Assembly: GCA_038087875.1 (NCBI GenBank)
Contig: CM075990.1
Span: 7,938,001 to 8,002,000 of the forward strand
DNA from: Malacoraja senta
Lineage: Eukaryota
Reading direction: 5' to 3'
Length of the DNA stretch: 64,000 nucleotides
The notes beneath the pieces are model-generated. The model was given only the letters and a program-made list of their open reading frames with translations, searched no databases and was not told the origin of the DNA. The translations under genes were made by a program, and so were the position numbers. Numbering within the stretch: position 1 is the stretch's first letter; the number at the start of each line of letters is the position of its first letter. This document shows, one piece after another, positions 36,790 through 49,649 of this stretch.

Positions 36790-37517
36790 AAGTAAGCAAG
36801 GATGCGTTATCTTGTGTGGTGCAGCAACAATTTGTTCTGGACCAGCCACATCGAAGCTGTGACCAAGAAAGCATCAACTCCTTACAAGGCTTAGGAAGAT
36901 CGGCATGTCCCCAACAACCCTCACGAATTAAGGACAGAGTCTCCTTTGTCCTCACCTTCCACCCCATCAGCAGTTGCATACAGCATGGAAAGCATCTTGT
37001 CAGCATACATCACAGCATAGTTTGGGAACAGCTCCATCAAAGTCCACAAGAAATTGCAGAGTTGTGGACGTAGCCCAGACCATCACGCAAACCATCCTCC
37101 CTTCCATTGACTCCATCTATACTTTCCACTGTGTCTCGGCAAAGCCACAGTACAATCAAAGACTACTCTCACCCCCCCTCTTCTCCCCTCTCCCATGAGG
37201 CAAGAGATCAGAAGTGTGAAAACGCCTACCTCCAGATTTGGGGACAGTTTCTTCCCAGCTGTTATCAGGTAACTGAACGGTCCTCTCGTCATCTAGAGTG
37301 CAGTCCTGATCTCCCATCGACCTCTTTAGAGACCTTTGAACTATCTTTGATCGGACTTTACCTTTGACCTTGCCCTAAATGTTGTACCCTGTACTCATTA
37401 TCGGTACACTGAACGGCTCGATTGTAATCATGTATAGCCTTTTCTCTGACTGGATAGCACGCGAACAGAAGCTTTACACTGTACCTCGGTACAAGTGAGT
37501 AATAAACTAAGCTAAAC
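36790..37517 (+). mobile_element. Rex1/Babar-like LINE 3' fragment with an embedded Penelope piece
   Basis: GMSPTTLTN...ESILSAYITA...VVDVAQTITQTILPSIDSIY...FGDSFFPAVIR and tail gagtaataaactaagctaaac. Confidence 0.75.
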
Positions 37518-37885
37518 AATGTCGTGAAAGAGCACATGAATATTCTCTATTCTACACTTGCTCCTATACACTATATATATATATGCCTGACACATGCGTA
37601 TGTAATTGCCACCGATGTGACACCACACTGCTGAAATCTATCCGGACCACAGTAATAATTCATTGCCGCTGCTCAGATTAGATTGCAGTTCTGTATTGTG
37701 AGGAGTGGTGCAGGGAATGGGCTCGCTGTTTGCAGGATCTGGGTGATTTGAGGGGCACAACTCAATGTGTTTGTGTAAGAAGGAACTGCAGATGCTGATT
37801 TACATCAAAGATAGACACAAAGTGCAGAAAAGGAGTAGATGCCGTTTCGGGTCTGAAGAAGGGTCTTGACCCAAAATCACCAACT

Positions 37886-39413
37886 AGAGAGGAAATTGCG
37901 GGAGCCCTGGTTACAATTTACGAGTCGTCCTTAAATACAGGAGAGGTGCCGGAAGACTGGAGGGTGGCAAATGTTGTGCCTCTTTTCAAGAAGGGCTGCG
38001 GGAAAAATGTTGGGAACTATAGGCTGGTGGGTTTAACATCTGTAGTTGGTAAGTTACTGGAGAGTATTCTGAGGGATAGGTTATACAGGCATTTGGATGG
38101 GCAAGGGCTGATTAGGGACAGTCAGCATGGTTTTGTACATGGGAGGTCGTGCCTCTCAAATCTGATTGATTTTTTTGAAGACGTGACCAAAAAGGTTGAT
38201 GAGGGCAGATCTGTAGGTGTTGTGTACATGGATTTCAGTAAGGCGTTCGACAAGGTGCCGCATGGTCGGCTGCTCTGGAAGGTTAGATCGCATGGGATCC
38301 AAGGAGAGATAGCTGAATGGATAGCAAATTGGCTCCATGGAAGGAAGCAGAGGGTGATGGTGGAAGGTTGCTTCTCAGACTGGAGGCCTGTGACTAGTGG
38401 TGTGCCTCAGAGTTCGGTGCTGGGCCTGTTACTGTTTGTCATCTACATCAATGATCTGGATGAGAACATACAGGGCAAGATTAGCAAGTTTGCTGATGAT
38501 ACAAAAGTTAGTGATTTTGCAGATAGTGAAGATGGTTGTGAAAGATTGCAGCAGGGTCTGGATCAATTGGCCAGGTGGGCGGAGGAATGGTTGATGGAAT
38601 TTAATACAGAAAAGTGTGAGGTGTTGCATTTTGGGACGTAAAACAAGGGCAGGACCTACAGTAAATGGGAACCCTCTGGGTAGTGTTGTAGAGCAGAGGG
38701 ATCGAGGAATACAGGTGCATGGTTCCTTGAAGGTTGAGTCGCAGGTATATCAGGTGGTCAAAAAGGCTTTTGGCTCTTTGGCCTTCATCAGTCAGAGTAT
38801 TGAGTATAGAAGTTGGGAGGTCATGTTGCAGTTGTATAAGACGTTGGTGAGACCGCATTTAGATTATTGTGTTCAGTTCTGGGCACCGTGTTATAGGAAA
38901 GATATTGTCAAGCTTGAAAGGAAAGATATTGTCAAGCTTGAAAGAAAAGATTTATGAGGATGTTGCCAGGACTAGAGGGTGTGAGCTATAGGGAGAGGTT
39001 GAGTTGGCTGGATCTCTATTCCATGGAGCACAGGAGGATGAGGGGTGATCTTATAGAGGTGTATAAAATCATGAGAGGAATAGATCGGGTGGATGCCCTT
39101 TTGCCCAGAGTTGGGGAATCGAGGACCAGAGGACATTGGTTCAAGGTGAAGGGGAAAAGATTTAATAGGATTCCGAGGGGTAACTTTTTCACACAAAGGG
39201 TGGTGGGTGTATGGAACAAGCTGCCAGAGGAGGTAGTTGAGGCTGGGACTATCCCATTGTTTAAGAAACAATTAGACAGGTACATGGACAGGACAGGTTT
39301 GGAGGGATATGGTCCAAGTGCAGGTAAGTGGGACTAGTGTAGCTGGGACGTTGTTGGCAGGTGTGGGCGAGTTGGGCCGAAGGGCCTGTTTCCACACTGT
39401 ATCACTATGACTC
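37886..39413 (+). mobile_element. 5'-truncated CR1 LINE with reverse transcriptase domain (disrupted)
   Basis: ORF 37946-38641 contains PEDWRVANVVPLFKKG, YMDFSKAFDKVPH, SGVPQSSVLG, YINDL and KFADD. Continues through frameshifts in ORFs 38616-38957 and 38954-39337; CR1 tail gggccgaagggcctgtttcc. Confidence 0.95.
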
Positions 39414-39414
39414 T

Positions 39415-39613
39415 AAGATAGACAGAAAATGCTGGGATAACAGCTGGTCAGGCAGCATCCCTGGAAAAAGGATTGAGACCCTTCATTCAAACGCTATTCC
39501 TGTTCTCCAGTCACCTATTGCTTTTCTCCAGAGATGCTGCCTGATCAGCTGAGTTACTCCAGCATTTTGTGTCTCTCTTCGGTGTAAACAGCATCTGCAG
39601 TTCCTTCCTACAC
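39415..39613. mobile_element. Penelope-derived fold-back element (degenerate)
   Basis: Inverted arms of the same terminal repeat, ending cagcatctgcagttccttcctacaca. Confidence 0.65.
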
Positions 39614-41029
39614 AGTTTGATCATGGATATTGCTCTCCCATTGCCTCTGGTCCTCCACACATCATAGCTTTCACATTTAGATAGTGCGCTCTTCTATACA
39701 TTTTAGACACAAACTTTAACCTCCCACATTTGACTGCAGTACAATCTATTTAACACAGTTTTGCCTCAGACATTAATCACTGTAATTTAATGCTTCCTTC
39801 CAGAGTGCTTTATCTAATACTTTCAGTATCTTTATGTCATTGGTTAACTTTGACACACAGCTCTCTACGCCATTATGTACTAATTTATACATAAGGTGAA
39901 CACTTTGTGGGGCTCCCTGAATCACATCTGGTCAACCTGTACCTTGTACCCAGCTTCTCCCTCTTCCAATTTCCGAGCACCGTAAATAACTTCTGATTCC
40001 AAGTGCATCGTCCTCAGCTCAATGTCATTGCTGAGAGCATAACCAGGTGTCTTCTGGAAACCCATATACATATCAAAAGAAATTCCCGACCCAGTATTAT
40101 TCCAGTTACTGATTTGGAAATGCGCACACATTTATCAGGCTTGACCTGCTCTTGATAAATCCACGCTGACTCTCTCTAATCATCTGAAAACGTTCAAGGT
40201 GTGCAGTTGCTTTATTCTTAATTATAGACTTTACTAATTTCCCAACAACAGATGTTGGGCTAACCACCTATTATTCCTTAATTTCATTGAGTATTTGAAC
40301 ACATTCAACAAACCTAAATGCAGTGTCCTTGACCTGAAATGTTAATCTTCTTGCTTTCCACAGATGCTACCTTCTGAGTGTTTCCAGAGTGTTTACTGTC
40401 TTTAATTTAGCAAAACCAGATTGTGCTATTTTCTGACCTGTGTCTTGTGTTGATTCCCCCCTCTTACCTTTCTTAAATATTAGAGTGACATACACAATTT
40501 TTCAAATTGGAAATTAACCTTAAACATAAATTACCTTTTAACTTCCAACTCTCTAACCTGCCGCTGAGAAGGAATTTGCCTGTCTTTCTCGAGCCCTGCC
40601 CAATGGCAAAACAGTGCCGATGTTTGAAATCTCAAATGGAAAAAAAAAATGATGGGAACGTCAGATCAGGCAGCATCTGTGGAAAGAGAGGGAGAGGGAG
40701 AGAGAGTGAAAGTCGACATTTCCAGTCGATGATGTTATTCCCTTGATCATGTATCTGTACATCGTGGATGGCTCAATTGTGATCATGTATAGTCTTTCCA
40801 CTGGCAGGATAGTTTGCAACAAAAGCTTTTCACTGTACCTTGGTACACTTGACAAACTAAACTCAATTCTCCACAGATGCTGCCTGACCTGCTGAGTGTT
40901 TCCAGCACTTTTATTCCCTTTTATTCCCGACTGCTTTCTCCTTTGAAGTGCAGGTCACAAAGTGAATATCTAATGGCGCAGTCAATTATGGTCTTAAGAG
41001 GAATTGTCGAACTGGAATGTTGAGGAGGG

Positions 41030-41284
41030 GGAGCGGATGGAGAGAGAGGGAAAGCAAGGGCTACCTGAAGCTCTCCATCCTCTCCCTCTTCCCAGTTCTC
41101 CGACCAGGCATACTGTCTCCGACCAGGCATACTCTCTGTACCACCCCGACATCAGTCTGAAGAAGGGTCTCGACCCGAAACGTCACCTATTCCTTCTCTC
41201 GAGATGCTGCCTGTCCCGCTGAGTTACACCAGCATTTTGTGTCTATCTTCGATTTAAACCAGCATTTGCGGTCCTTTCCTACAC
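41030..41284 (+). mobile_element. Penelope 3' region and terminal repeat with intact hammerhead motif (41155-41187)
   Basis: catcagtCTGAAGAAGGGTCTCGACCCGAAACGTCacc; preceded by a short inverted piece of the Penelope 3' UTR also seen at 41975-42020. Confidence 0.75.
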
Positions 41285-41689
41285 AATGAGATATCAGATT
41301 CCACATTTGATGATCCAACTTTAATTCTTCAACACTTTGGCCGTTGATGAGTAAATGGTTGTTTCCATAATGATAGGCTGTGGTTTGACCAACCTTAACA
41401 AATACAGTTTTCAAATTCTACACTTAAACATTCCTCAATCACTTCTAGGAAAAAACACATCAAAATTTAAAAGGTTAGGCTTGAATAATATTTGGTGAAA
41501 ATGGCTGCTGTTTATTTCATTGGCTGGTGTGTCTGAAAACAGTTTGGGACTATGTTACCCAATCTTTACTTAACATGACAACCTTAACCCAAATGGTTAA
41601 AATATAGAATCAAAAGATGCTAAAAATCAGAAATGTGCCCTGTCAGAGAGGTGAGATGAGATTCCTATTGTCTGCCATTTTAATTCTCC

Positions 41690-42169
41690 AAGATAGACAC
41701 AAAATGCTGGGGTAACTCAGCGGGACAGGCAGCATCTCTGGAGAGAAGGCATAGGTGACGTTTCGGGTCGAGACCCTTCTTCAGACTGATGTCAGGGGAG
41801 GTGGAGGTATATAGATAAGGAAGTGTAGATATAAGGAAGTGTAAGGTGGGATAACAGTACAAAGGGAAAGGAGATCAAGGAGCGTGTAGAATAGATCATT
41901 GTTAGTTGGGAGAAAGTAACAACAAAGCAAACAGATATAATGTCGTCGGAGACAGTAAGACTGATCGGAGAACTGGGAAGGAGGAGGGGATGGAGAGAGA
42001 GGGAAAGCAAAGGTTACTTGAAGTTCGAGAAGTCAATGTTCATACTGCTGGTGTGTAAGCTACCCAAGCGAAATGTGAGGTGCTGTTCCTCCAATTTGCG
42101 CTGGGCCTCATTCTGACAATGGGGGAGGCCCAGGACAGAACGATCAGTGTGGGAATGAGAGGGGGAGTT
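41690..42169 (-). mobile_element. 5'-truncated Penelope-like element: GIY-YIG C-terminus, 3' UTR and hammerhead-bearing terminal repeat
   Basis: 42169-42014 reads NSPSHSHTDRSVLGLPHCQNEAQRKLEEQHLTFRLGSLHTSSMNIDFSNFK* (Penelope endonuclease tail); intact hammerhead motif at 41754-41786 on the same strand. Confidence 0.88.
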
Positions 42170-42689
42170 AGTGTTTAGCAACCGTCAGTGTGGGAATGAG
42201 AATTTTAATTCTGCATCCCATTCCCCACCCCTGTAGTATCCTGCACTGTTACAACGAGGCCCAATGTCAGCTCATCTCCTCTCTGGACAAGTTGCAGCCT
42301 TCAGCACTCAGTATTGAATTCTACAAATGCAGATAACTCGCTCTGCCGGACTGCTTCAGAACTGACCATCTATGGAAAAAAAAAGTGCCCCTCTGGTCCA
42401 CGTTAAATCATTCCCCTCTCACCATAAACCTGTGCCCTCTAGTTTTAGTTTTCTTTATCTTGGGAAAAAGACTGCAGAGTTTGCCTGTCTATGCCTGGCA
42501 TCATTTTATAAACCTGTAAACCCCTCAACTTTTTTCGCTCCAAGGAAACCTGTCTCAGTCTCTCCTCATAACTTAAGCCCTCAGACCTGGCAACATCCTT
42601 GTAAATTGTTTCTGCACATTCTCAAGTCTTATCACACCCTCCAGTGTGAATGCCAGAACTTCCCACATTACTCCAAGTGCATGCGCAAA

Positions 42690-43000
42690 TTATACTGCTT
42701 GGAGGACTGCGACCTCGCAGCGCCAGAGACCTTCTCTGATCCTGATCTCAGGTCCTGATTTAGGAGTTTGCGCCTTCTCCCTGTCACTGCATTGGTTTCC
42801 TCCGGGTGCCCCAGCTTCCCACATCCCCAAAGGCATCTAGGGGTGCAGGTTAATTGGCAAGTGTAAATTGCCCCTAGTGTGCAGCGACTGAATGAGAAAA
42901 TAGGACAACATAGAGTTAATGAACAGATGCTCACATGGACTCTACTGGCCGAAGGGCCTGTTTCCATGCTGTATCTCGAAACTTAGCTAAAACTAAAGTC
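42690..43000 (+). mobile_element. V-SINE/HE1-like SINE
   Basis: ggagtttgcgccttctccctgtcactgcattggtttcctccgggtg...ggccgaagggcctgtttccatgctgtatctc. Confidence 0.75.
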
Positions 43001-43084
43001 CATTAAGAAACAACTCTCCCTCCTCCCCCCTCCATCACCACAGTCCATCCCCCCCACTTATACTAACTCAGTCATCCCGCTAGA

Positions 43085-43320
43085 TGTGGAAACAAAACAA
43101 CAGCAGATGCTGGTTCACCAAGGATAGACATAAAACGCAGGAGTAACTCAGCACGCCAGGCAGCATCGCTGGAGAACATGGATGGGTGACCTTTCGGGTA
43201 GGTCCTGACCTGAAACATCAATCCATGGTCCCCAGGGATGGGTGACAGAAGAAAGGTCTCGACCCGCAACGTCACCTGTTGCACCTCCAGAGATGCTGCC
43301 TGACCCGCTGAGTAGTTCCC
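43085..43320. mobile_element. Penelope-derived fold-back element (degenerate)
   Basis: Inverted terminal-repeat arms with decayed hammerhead-like centre (ggtctcgacccgcaacgtcacc). Confidence 0.6.
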
Positions 43321-44588
43321 GAATTAAGATCATCTAAGCCTCTGAGCGGGACTGGTAACTTCATTTGTTTTGTCAGTAATGCCGGGGCAGACAGGGGAAG
43401 GGGAGGAGGTTGTGGAGCTGAATCTTGAGCCAACCCAGACCCAGCAGTGACTGATACTGCAATCATCATGGTGACACAGGAAGGAAGCTCCACCAGAAAC
43501 TGCCTCCTACTGTTTGCAAAAAGACACAAAGAGCTGGAGCTGGACCTTCTCTCCAGCTTTTTGTCACTCCAGCTTTTTGTGTCTATCTTCTGTTTAAATC
43601 AGTATCTGCAGTTCCTGCCTACACATTTCTATTTGCACAGGGTGAGTGAGGTCTAAAGCCACGTGACTGCGCCATTTTCCAGCTCAACTATTGACAGGGT
43701 GGCTGTAAAACCCGTCCTCAAGCCGGCAATTTGATGTGCAAACATGGGGCACATTTCTGCAGCAATCCCTCTGTGTCGCCCACCTGTGCCAAGACACCCG
43801 GTGGGCGCTAGGACCCTGCAACGCCAAGAAACGCCTCAAACACCATCTGCTGGCTGAAGACGGAATTGGCCAGAAATGCCATTTAACCCTTTCGCAGAAC
43901 AGAGCTTTACATCCACACACACACCTTAAGTTGCTGTCTTCAAAAGTAATATCACATCAAACTGAGATTAAATATGTAAATAGCTTAGTTTCAAGTAGTT
44001 AGAATCTGATTGCCTTCAGAAGTAGTACACAGTGACAAATTGCAAGCTTCACAACTGACTCTGGGCACACAAAGTGATTAGGTCAATAAAATAAAATACA
44101 TGTTTCTACTGACTGGTCTTAGATTGAAAGCTACGATTTTCAGAAGGGATTGGAAAAAGTGCAGAAAGTGCTAAAGCTCCATGGTTAATTGATATTTCGA
44201 TACAAAGAACTGATTTACAACAAAAAAAGACACAGTGCTGGAGTAACTCAGCAGGTCAGGCAGCATCTCTGGAGAACATGGATAGGTGACGCTTTGGGTT
44301 TGGGTCAGTCTGAAGATGGTTCCAATCTGAAACATCACCTTTTCATGTTCCCCAGACAAGCCCAGCCTATCCAATATCTCCCCATAACTAAAGTTCTCCC
44401 ATCCAGGTAACTAATGTTTTATTCTTAATGTTGTCATGTTTTATGTTTTATTCTTAGTTGTTTACTGTATGTTGTGCTGTTACTAGTGAGCGGAGCACCA
44501 AGGCAAATTCCTTGTATGTGTGCATACTTGGCCAATAAACTTACTCATTCATCGCATTATCTCTCACTCTCTTCCTCTGTCACACATA

Positions 44589-45215
44589 ACAAGAGGAGTC
44601 GAGTACAGGAGCAAAGAGGTCCTTCTGCAGTTGTACAGGGCCCTAGTGAGACCACACCTGGAGTATTGTGTGCAGTTTTGGTCCCCTAATTTGAGGAAGG
44701 ACATTCTTGCTATTGAGGGAGCCCAGCGTAGGTTTACAAGGTTAATTCCCGGGATGGCGGGACTGTCATATGCTGAGAGAATGGAGCAGCTGGGCTTGTG
44801 CACTCTGGAGTTTAGAAGGACAAGAGGGGATCTTAATGAAACATATAAGATTGTTAAGGGCTTGGACATGCTAGAGGCAGGAAACATGTTCCCGATGTTG
44901 GGGGAGTCCAGAACCAGGGACCACAGTTTAAGAATAAGGGGTAAGCCATTTAGAACGGAGACGAGGAAACACTTTTCTCACAGAGAGTGGTGAGTCTGTG
45001 GAATTCTCTGCCTCAGAGGGCGGTGGAGGCTGGTTCTCTGGATACTTTTAAGAGAGAGCTAGATAGGGCTCTTAAAGATAGCGGAGTCAGGGGATATGGG
45101 GAGAAGGCAGGAACGGGGTACTGATTGGGGATGATCAGCCATGATCACATTGAATGGCGGTGCTAGCTCGAAGGGCAGAATGGCCTACTGCACCTATTGT
45201 CTATTGTCTATTGTC
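44589..45215 (+). mobile_element. CR1 LINE 3' fragment (young-looking)
   Basis: RGVEYRSKEVLLQLYRALVRPHLEYCVQFWSPNLRKDILAIEGAQRRFTRLIPGM...; ends in a (ctattgt)3 tandem tail. Confidence 0.92.
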
Positions 45216-46515
45216 ACATCATGTCACATTGGTCTCCTCTGCACCCTCTCCAGTGCAATCACACCTTTCATATAGTGTTGCTACCAGAACTGCACACTAT
45301 ACTCAAAGCGCGCTCTAACCAGTGTTTGGCAAAGTTGCAACATAATGGTTGAACATTTATATATTCTGGGCCTGAACCCATGAAGGTACGCGTGCCATTT
45401 GCTTTTTCACCACCCTACCCATCTTGGATAGATAGGTCTGTCTGTTCTTAAACATTCCCGCGTCATAGAGTGATACAGTGTGGAAACAGGCCGAACTTGC
45501 CCACATCGGCCAATGTCCCTATTGTTTTCTCTATATATCCTATCCCTACTTTGATTTTGCAATATGCGTCACTTTGCACTTGTCAGAATTAAATTCCATC
45601 TACCAATGCTCTGCCTGACCTTCCATCTGACCTTTATCCCACCTTGCACAACGTACCTTGCAGTCCACTGCACCACCAAGTTCGGTGTCATCCGCAAACA
45701 TGTGACTCATTTATTTGGAGTTTTCAATCACCTTCACGCTTTTAGTCTGCAGAAGGGTCCTGACCCGAAACGTCGTCAAGCCATGTTCTCCGGAGATGCT
45801 GCCTGACCTGTTGAGTTACTCCAGCACTTTGTGTCCTTTCATGCTTTCAGAGTAACGGCTCAGGTCAATGATGTCACCCGGGATCTACAGGACTAAGTCT
45901 GGTCAGATGCTTCAGGGGTGTTTGTTTATGTAAATCCTCTGTCCGGTTCCATCCCTCATTGCGGCCAAGTGTTTTCACTCAATGACTTAATGACCAAGGT
46001 CAGCCCTGTGTGAAGGTATTGTGCAGTGGTGCAAAAGTGGGTCTGTTTTGGTATTTTATTGCTCAGAATGGGTCCTTTCACTATTTAGACCACGCATTAA
46101 CTCAAACCACACTCGTGAGGAACTGACAGAGAACAAGCAGGAAGTCAGATGTGCGTAGCGTGAATGTGAGCATCTTCCGTGTCCACATGTGAGGAGATCT
46201 CAGTTTCATAAGTAGAAGGTATGTTTCATGTGTTTGGAAATCTACATCATGTGTGTGTACACGCATGTGGTCACGGATTAGCCTGTAGTCCTGTCTGTGA
46301 ACTAATTCATAGGAAATCCTCTGGTGTTATATTAAAATCGCATGCCTGCACACACAGTTGTCACACTTTGCTACACATGCAAAGCAGCTTAACATGGATA
46401 TGAGCCTTTGGTTATGAGCCTTTGGTGAGTGCAGCAGGCCAGAAATGCCACCAATTCACTTTGGCTGGATCAACATTGCGGTGATGCAGGCAATATAGTG
46501 TCCTCTAAGAACTTA

Positions 46516-46887
46516 AGGGCCTGTCCCACGAGCATGCAACTGCATGCGGCAAGCGCGACCTAGCGTGGCCGCTTGAGCCGTACGGCCTCGCGGGGCCGGT
46601 CCCACTTCGATCGCCGGAGCCGTATGGAGTTGTGCGGAGCTGGTCCCGACATCGCGCGGGGCTCCGAAAAACTGACACTTCAAAAATTCCGCGCGGCAAA
46701 GGCCTGCCGGCCCGCAGAGGCCTCAACGCCGTACGCACCGCCTCGACGCCATGCGCAGCGTCTTGACGCCGTACGTCACGCTCGACTTCGCTCAAACTTC
46801 ACGTCACTCACTCGACCTCAGCGCGGCCCCCGCTTCCGGTTTGGTCGCGCTCGCCGCATGCAGTCGCATGCTCGTGGGACCGGACCT
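46516..46887. mobile_element. Harbinger-type MITE (372 bp)
   Basis: TTA|agggcctgtcccacgagcatgc ... gcatgctcgtgggaccggacct|TTA; interior homologous to 18464-18927. Confidence 0.88.
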
Positions 46888-48199
46888 TTAGGTGTTTGGT
46901 TCTAGGTGTTTTTGGAAGGTAGATTTTGTCCATGATTCTTGAAATTCTCCTGGTTTTGCTGCAGAGGCACCATTTTTTAATCACAATAATACGTTTCCAC
47001 CAACTTAACATTAAATGCAACTCAAAAGTGAAATGCAGATGCTGCAAATGTGAAACAGAAACAACAAGTCGTGGAGACGGCCAGCAGGTCAGAGGCCATC
47101 TGTGGTCAGAAAAACAGAGTTAGTGAACATTACGGCACAAGAAACTGCAGATGCTGGAATCACCAGCAAAACATAAAGTCCTGGAGGACCAAGAGAGAGC
47201 ATCTGTGACAAGAGAGTAAACAAACACTCATTCTTTTTCTCCTTCCACAGATGCTGCCTGACCTGCTGAGTGTTTCCAGCATGTCTTAGCTTTAGGGCTA
47301 CACTAGGTGCTTTAAGCTCTGGAGTGGGGCTTGGACTGGAGCACACAAACCTCTGGTTTTGGAGGCAAGAACGCTCCCAAGCTGAGACCAAGATGTGCAG
47401 TCACTGTATGTGTAATCCTACTTTCAAGCATTGGAGTATTTTGTTGACTGCCACAGGCACAAGTACTGTGAGTTACAGGTACAATGAAATTCTTGCTTGC
47501 AGCAGCATCATAGGCAGGCCGACTCAGACAAAAACATAAATTATACATATATACAACACACACAAAAATCTGCAAGACCGTAAAAAAGTTCTCTGTGCTA
47601 AAATAAACCAAAGAAGCAGGACATTAGTGCTTGTGACTCCTTTCAAAAATATTCTTTTATTTTTGTCCATTTCCTCTCCCATTTTCCTAGTATTACAAGT
47701 AATTGGGTGCTGATGGAGGTTACCAAGGGGCTGTGCCTTGTGGGGGATTTGACTGTTGCAGTTGAACCGAGGGAACCGGCCACTGCTGGCGATTGTGTAG
47801 GTCTGGGCCCTGCTGGCAACTGAAAGGAACTGCGGGAGAATGCCGAGAAACTGCTGGAAATCCCCCCCCCCCCCAAAAAAAACCCTGTTGGAGACTACCG
47901 AGGAGCTGGGGCAGTCTGGATCAATAACGTGGAGAAAAATCTGTTGCCCCCCCTTCACTGTGAGGGGAGAAAAATTGAGTAGGACCCTGAGGGGCAACGT
48001 TTTTACACAAAGGGTGGTAGGTTGGTGGAACAAGCTGCCGGAGACTGCCATGGAACTGCTGGGGACTGCTGAGGATGTGCTGCCGTTTACCGAAGTGCAT
48101 AGTCTCTTGCCCAAAGTAGGCGAATCAAGGACCAGAGGATATACTGTTGGTTTAAGGTGAAGGGGAAAATATTTAATAGGAATCTGAGGGGTGAGACCC

Positions 48200-48433
48200 A
48201 GGGGTTATGTTCTCCCCGTGACTGCGAGGGTTTTCTTCGAGATCTTTGATTTCCTCCCACACTCCAAAAACGTACTGGTTTGTAGGTTAATTATCTGGTA
48301 TAAGTGTAAATTGTAAATTGTCCCTGATGAGTGTGTAGGATAGTGTTAATGTGTGGGGATCACTGGATGGTGCGGACTCGGTGGGCCGAAGGGCCTGTTT
48401 CCGTGCTGTATCTCTAAACTAAACTAAACTAAA
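48200..48433 (+). mobile_element. V-SINE/HE1-like SINE (5'-truncated)
   Basis: V-domain, CR1-like tail and (taaac)n end. Confidence 0.75.
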
Positions 48434-49649
48434 CATAAGGCACAGAAACATGCCCTTCAGACAATCATGGCCATGTCACTAACCTCACTGCACTAACGGC
48501 AATAGCTCTGTGGCCTACTATGCTTTGGTTCTATTCACCAAAGTAGCTATATAGATGCTTTGTAAATGTGGAGCAGTATCTGCCTCCACCACCTCTTCAG
48601 GCAACACATTCCCAGCTCCAACCACCTTTGAGGTACAGATGTCCGTCCTCACCCCACCCCCCAATCTCTCCTAAACTTCCTACCTCTTAAACCCATGCCC
48701 TCTGGACAGATACCTCCTCCATGGTATAGAGATTTTGCCATCTAATCCACCCACCTCTGCAATGTGCACGTCCTCCCTGTGACCGTGTGGGTTTCCTCCA
48801 GCTGCGAGGGTTTCCTCCCACATCCCAAAGATGTGTGGGTTTGTAGGTTTAATGGCCTCTATAAATAGCTCCTGGTGGGTAGTGAGTGGGTGAGATAGTG
48901 GGATGGCACAGAATTAGTGGCAACATCTCTATACCATTAGTGTGAATGGGTGATCGATGGTCAGCCTGGTGGGCCGAAGGGCCTGTTTCCATGCTGAATC
49001 TCTTATCTAAACTAAATAAACTAATCTAGAGGTGGGTTGTTACGTCTCTGGTCTATTGGAAGCTCTCCAGCAAATCCCATGGTCTCCCAGTAGATCCAGG
49101 ATCTGCTCCTGCCGATGTCTGCTGGTTGTACAATCCTCCTTGTTATTCTACTCCATCCTTTAGACATTTTCCAGTGAGATACGTGCTCCACGAACACCTC
49201 ATTAAAATTCCTCATCACACCCCCTGCCGATTCAATAACGCCAATAGTTTTAATTAATGTGTCCTCTCCAAGCCCAGGAAGAAATCGAACATTCCTACTC
49301 CCGAGAACCAATGGGCCAATTGCTGATGATCAGTTGTCACACCTGTCGGACTGCAAACGGTTTTGTCCGACATTGCGAGCCACTTGGTAGCAAGTTCCTG
49401 AAACGTTCTGTGGAGATCGCCGTGCGGTGATGGATCCAAAGTCACTAACAGCTCTAATTACTGCCTCCACCCACAAATCTGTTCACCGAATCAAGGGACA
49501 AAACTAAAACACTAAACCAAGAGCAGCACAGACTCGAGATCTGAGTTTTAAGAAGAAAAAAAAAGCTGGAAAGACTAAGCAAGTCTTGCAGCATCCATGG
49601 AGAGGAGGAGAGTTAACAGGCCAGTGTCTGAATCTGCACAGAATGGATG

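Noticed and set aside
37946..39337. Functional reverse transcriptase gene
   Set aside because: 5'-truncated (no endonuclease), with frameshifts and stops, and PQG mutated to PQS: a dead CR1 copy.
49021..49445. Two minus-strand ORFs as exons of a second gene
   Set aside because: No recognisable homology, different frames, no convincing splice pair.
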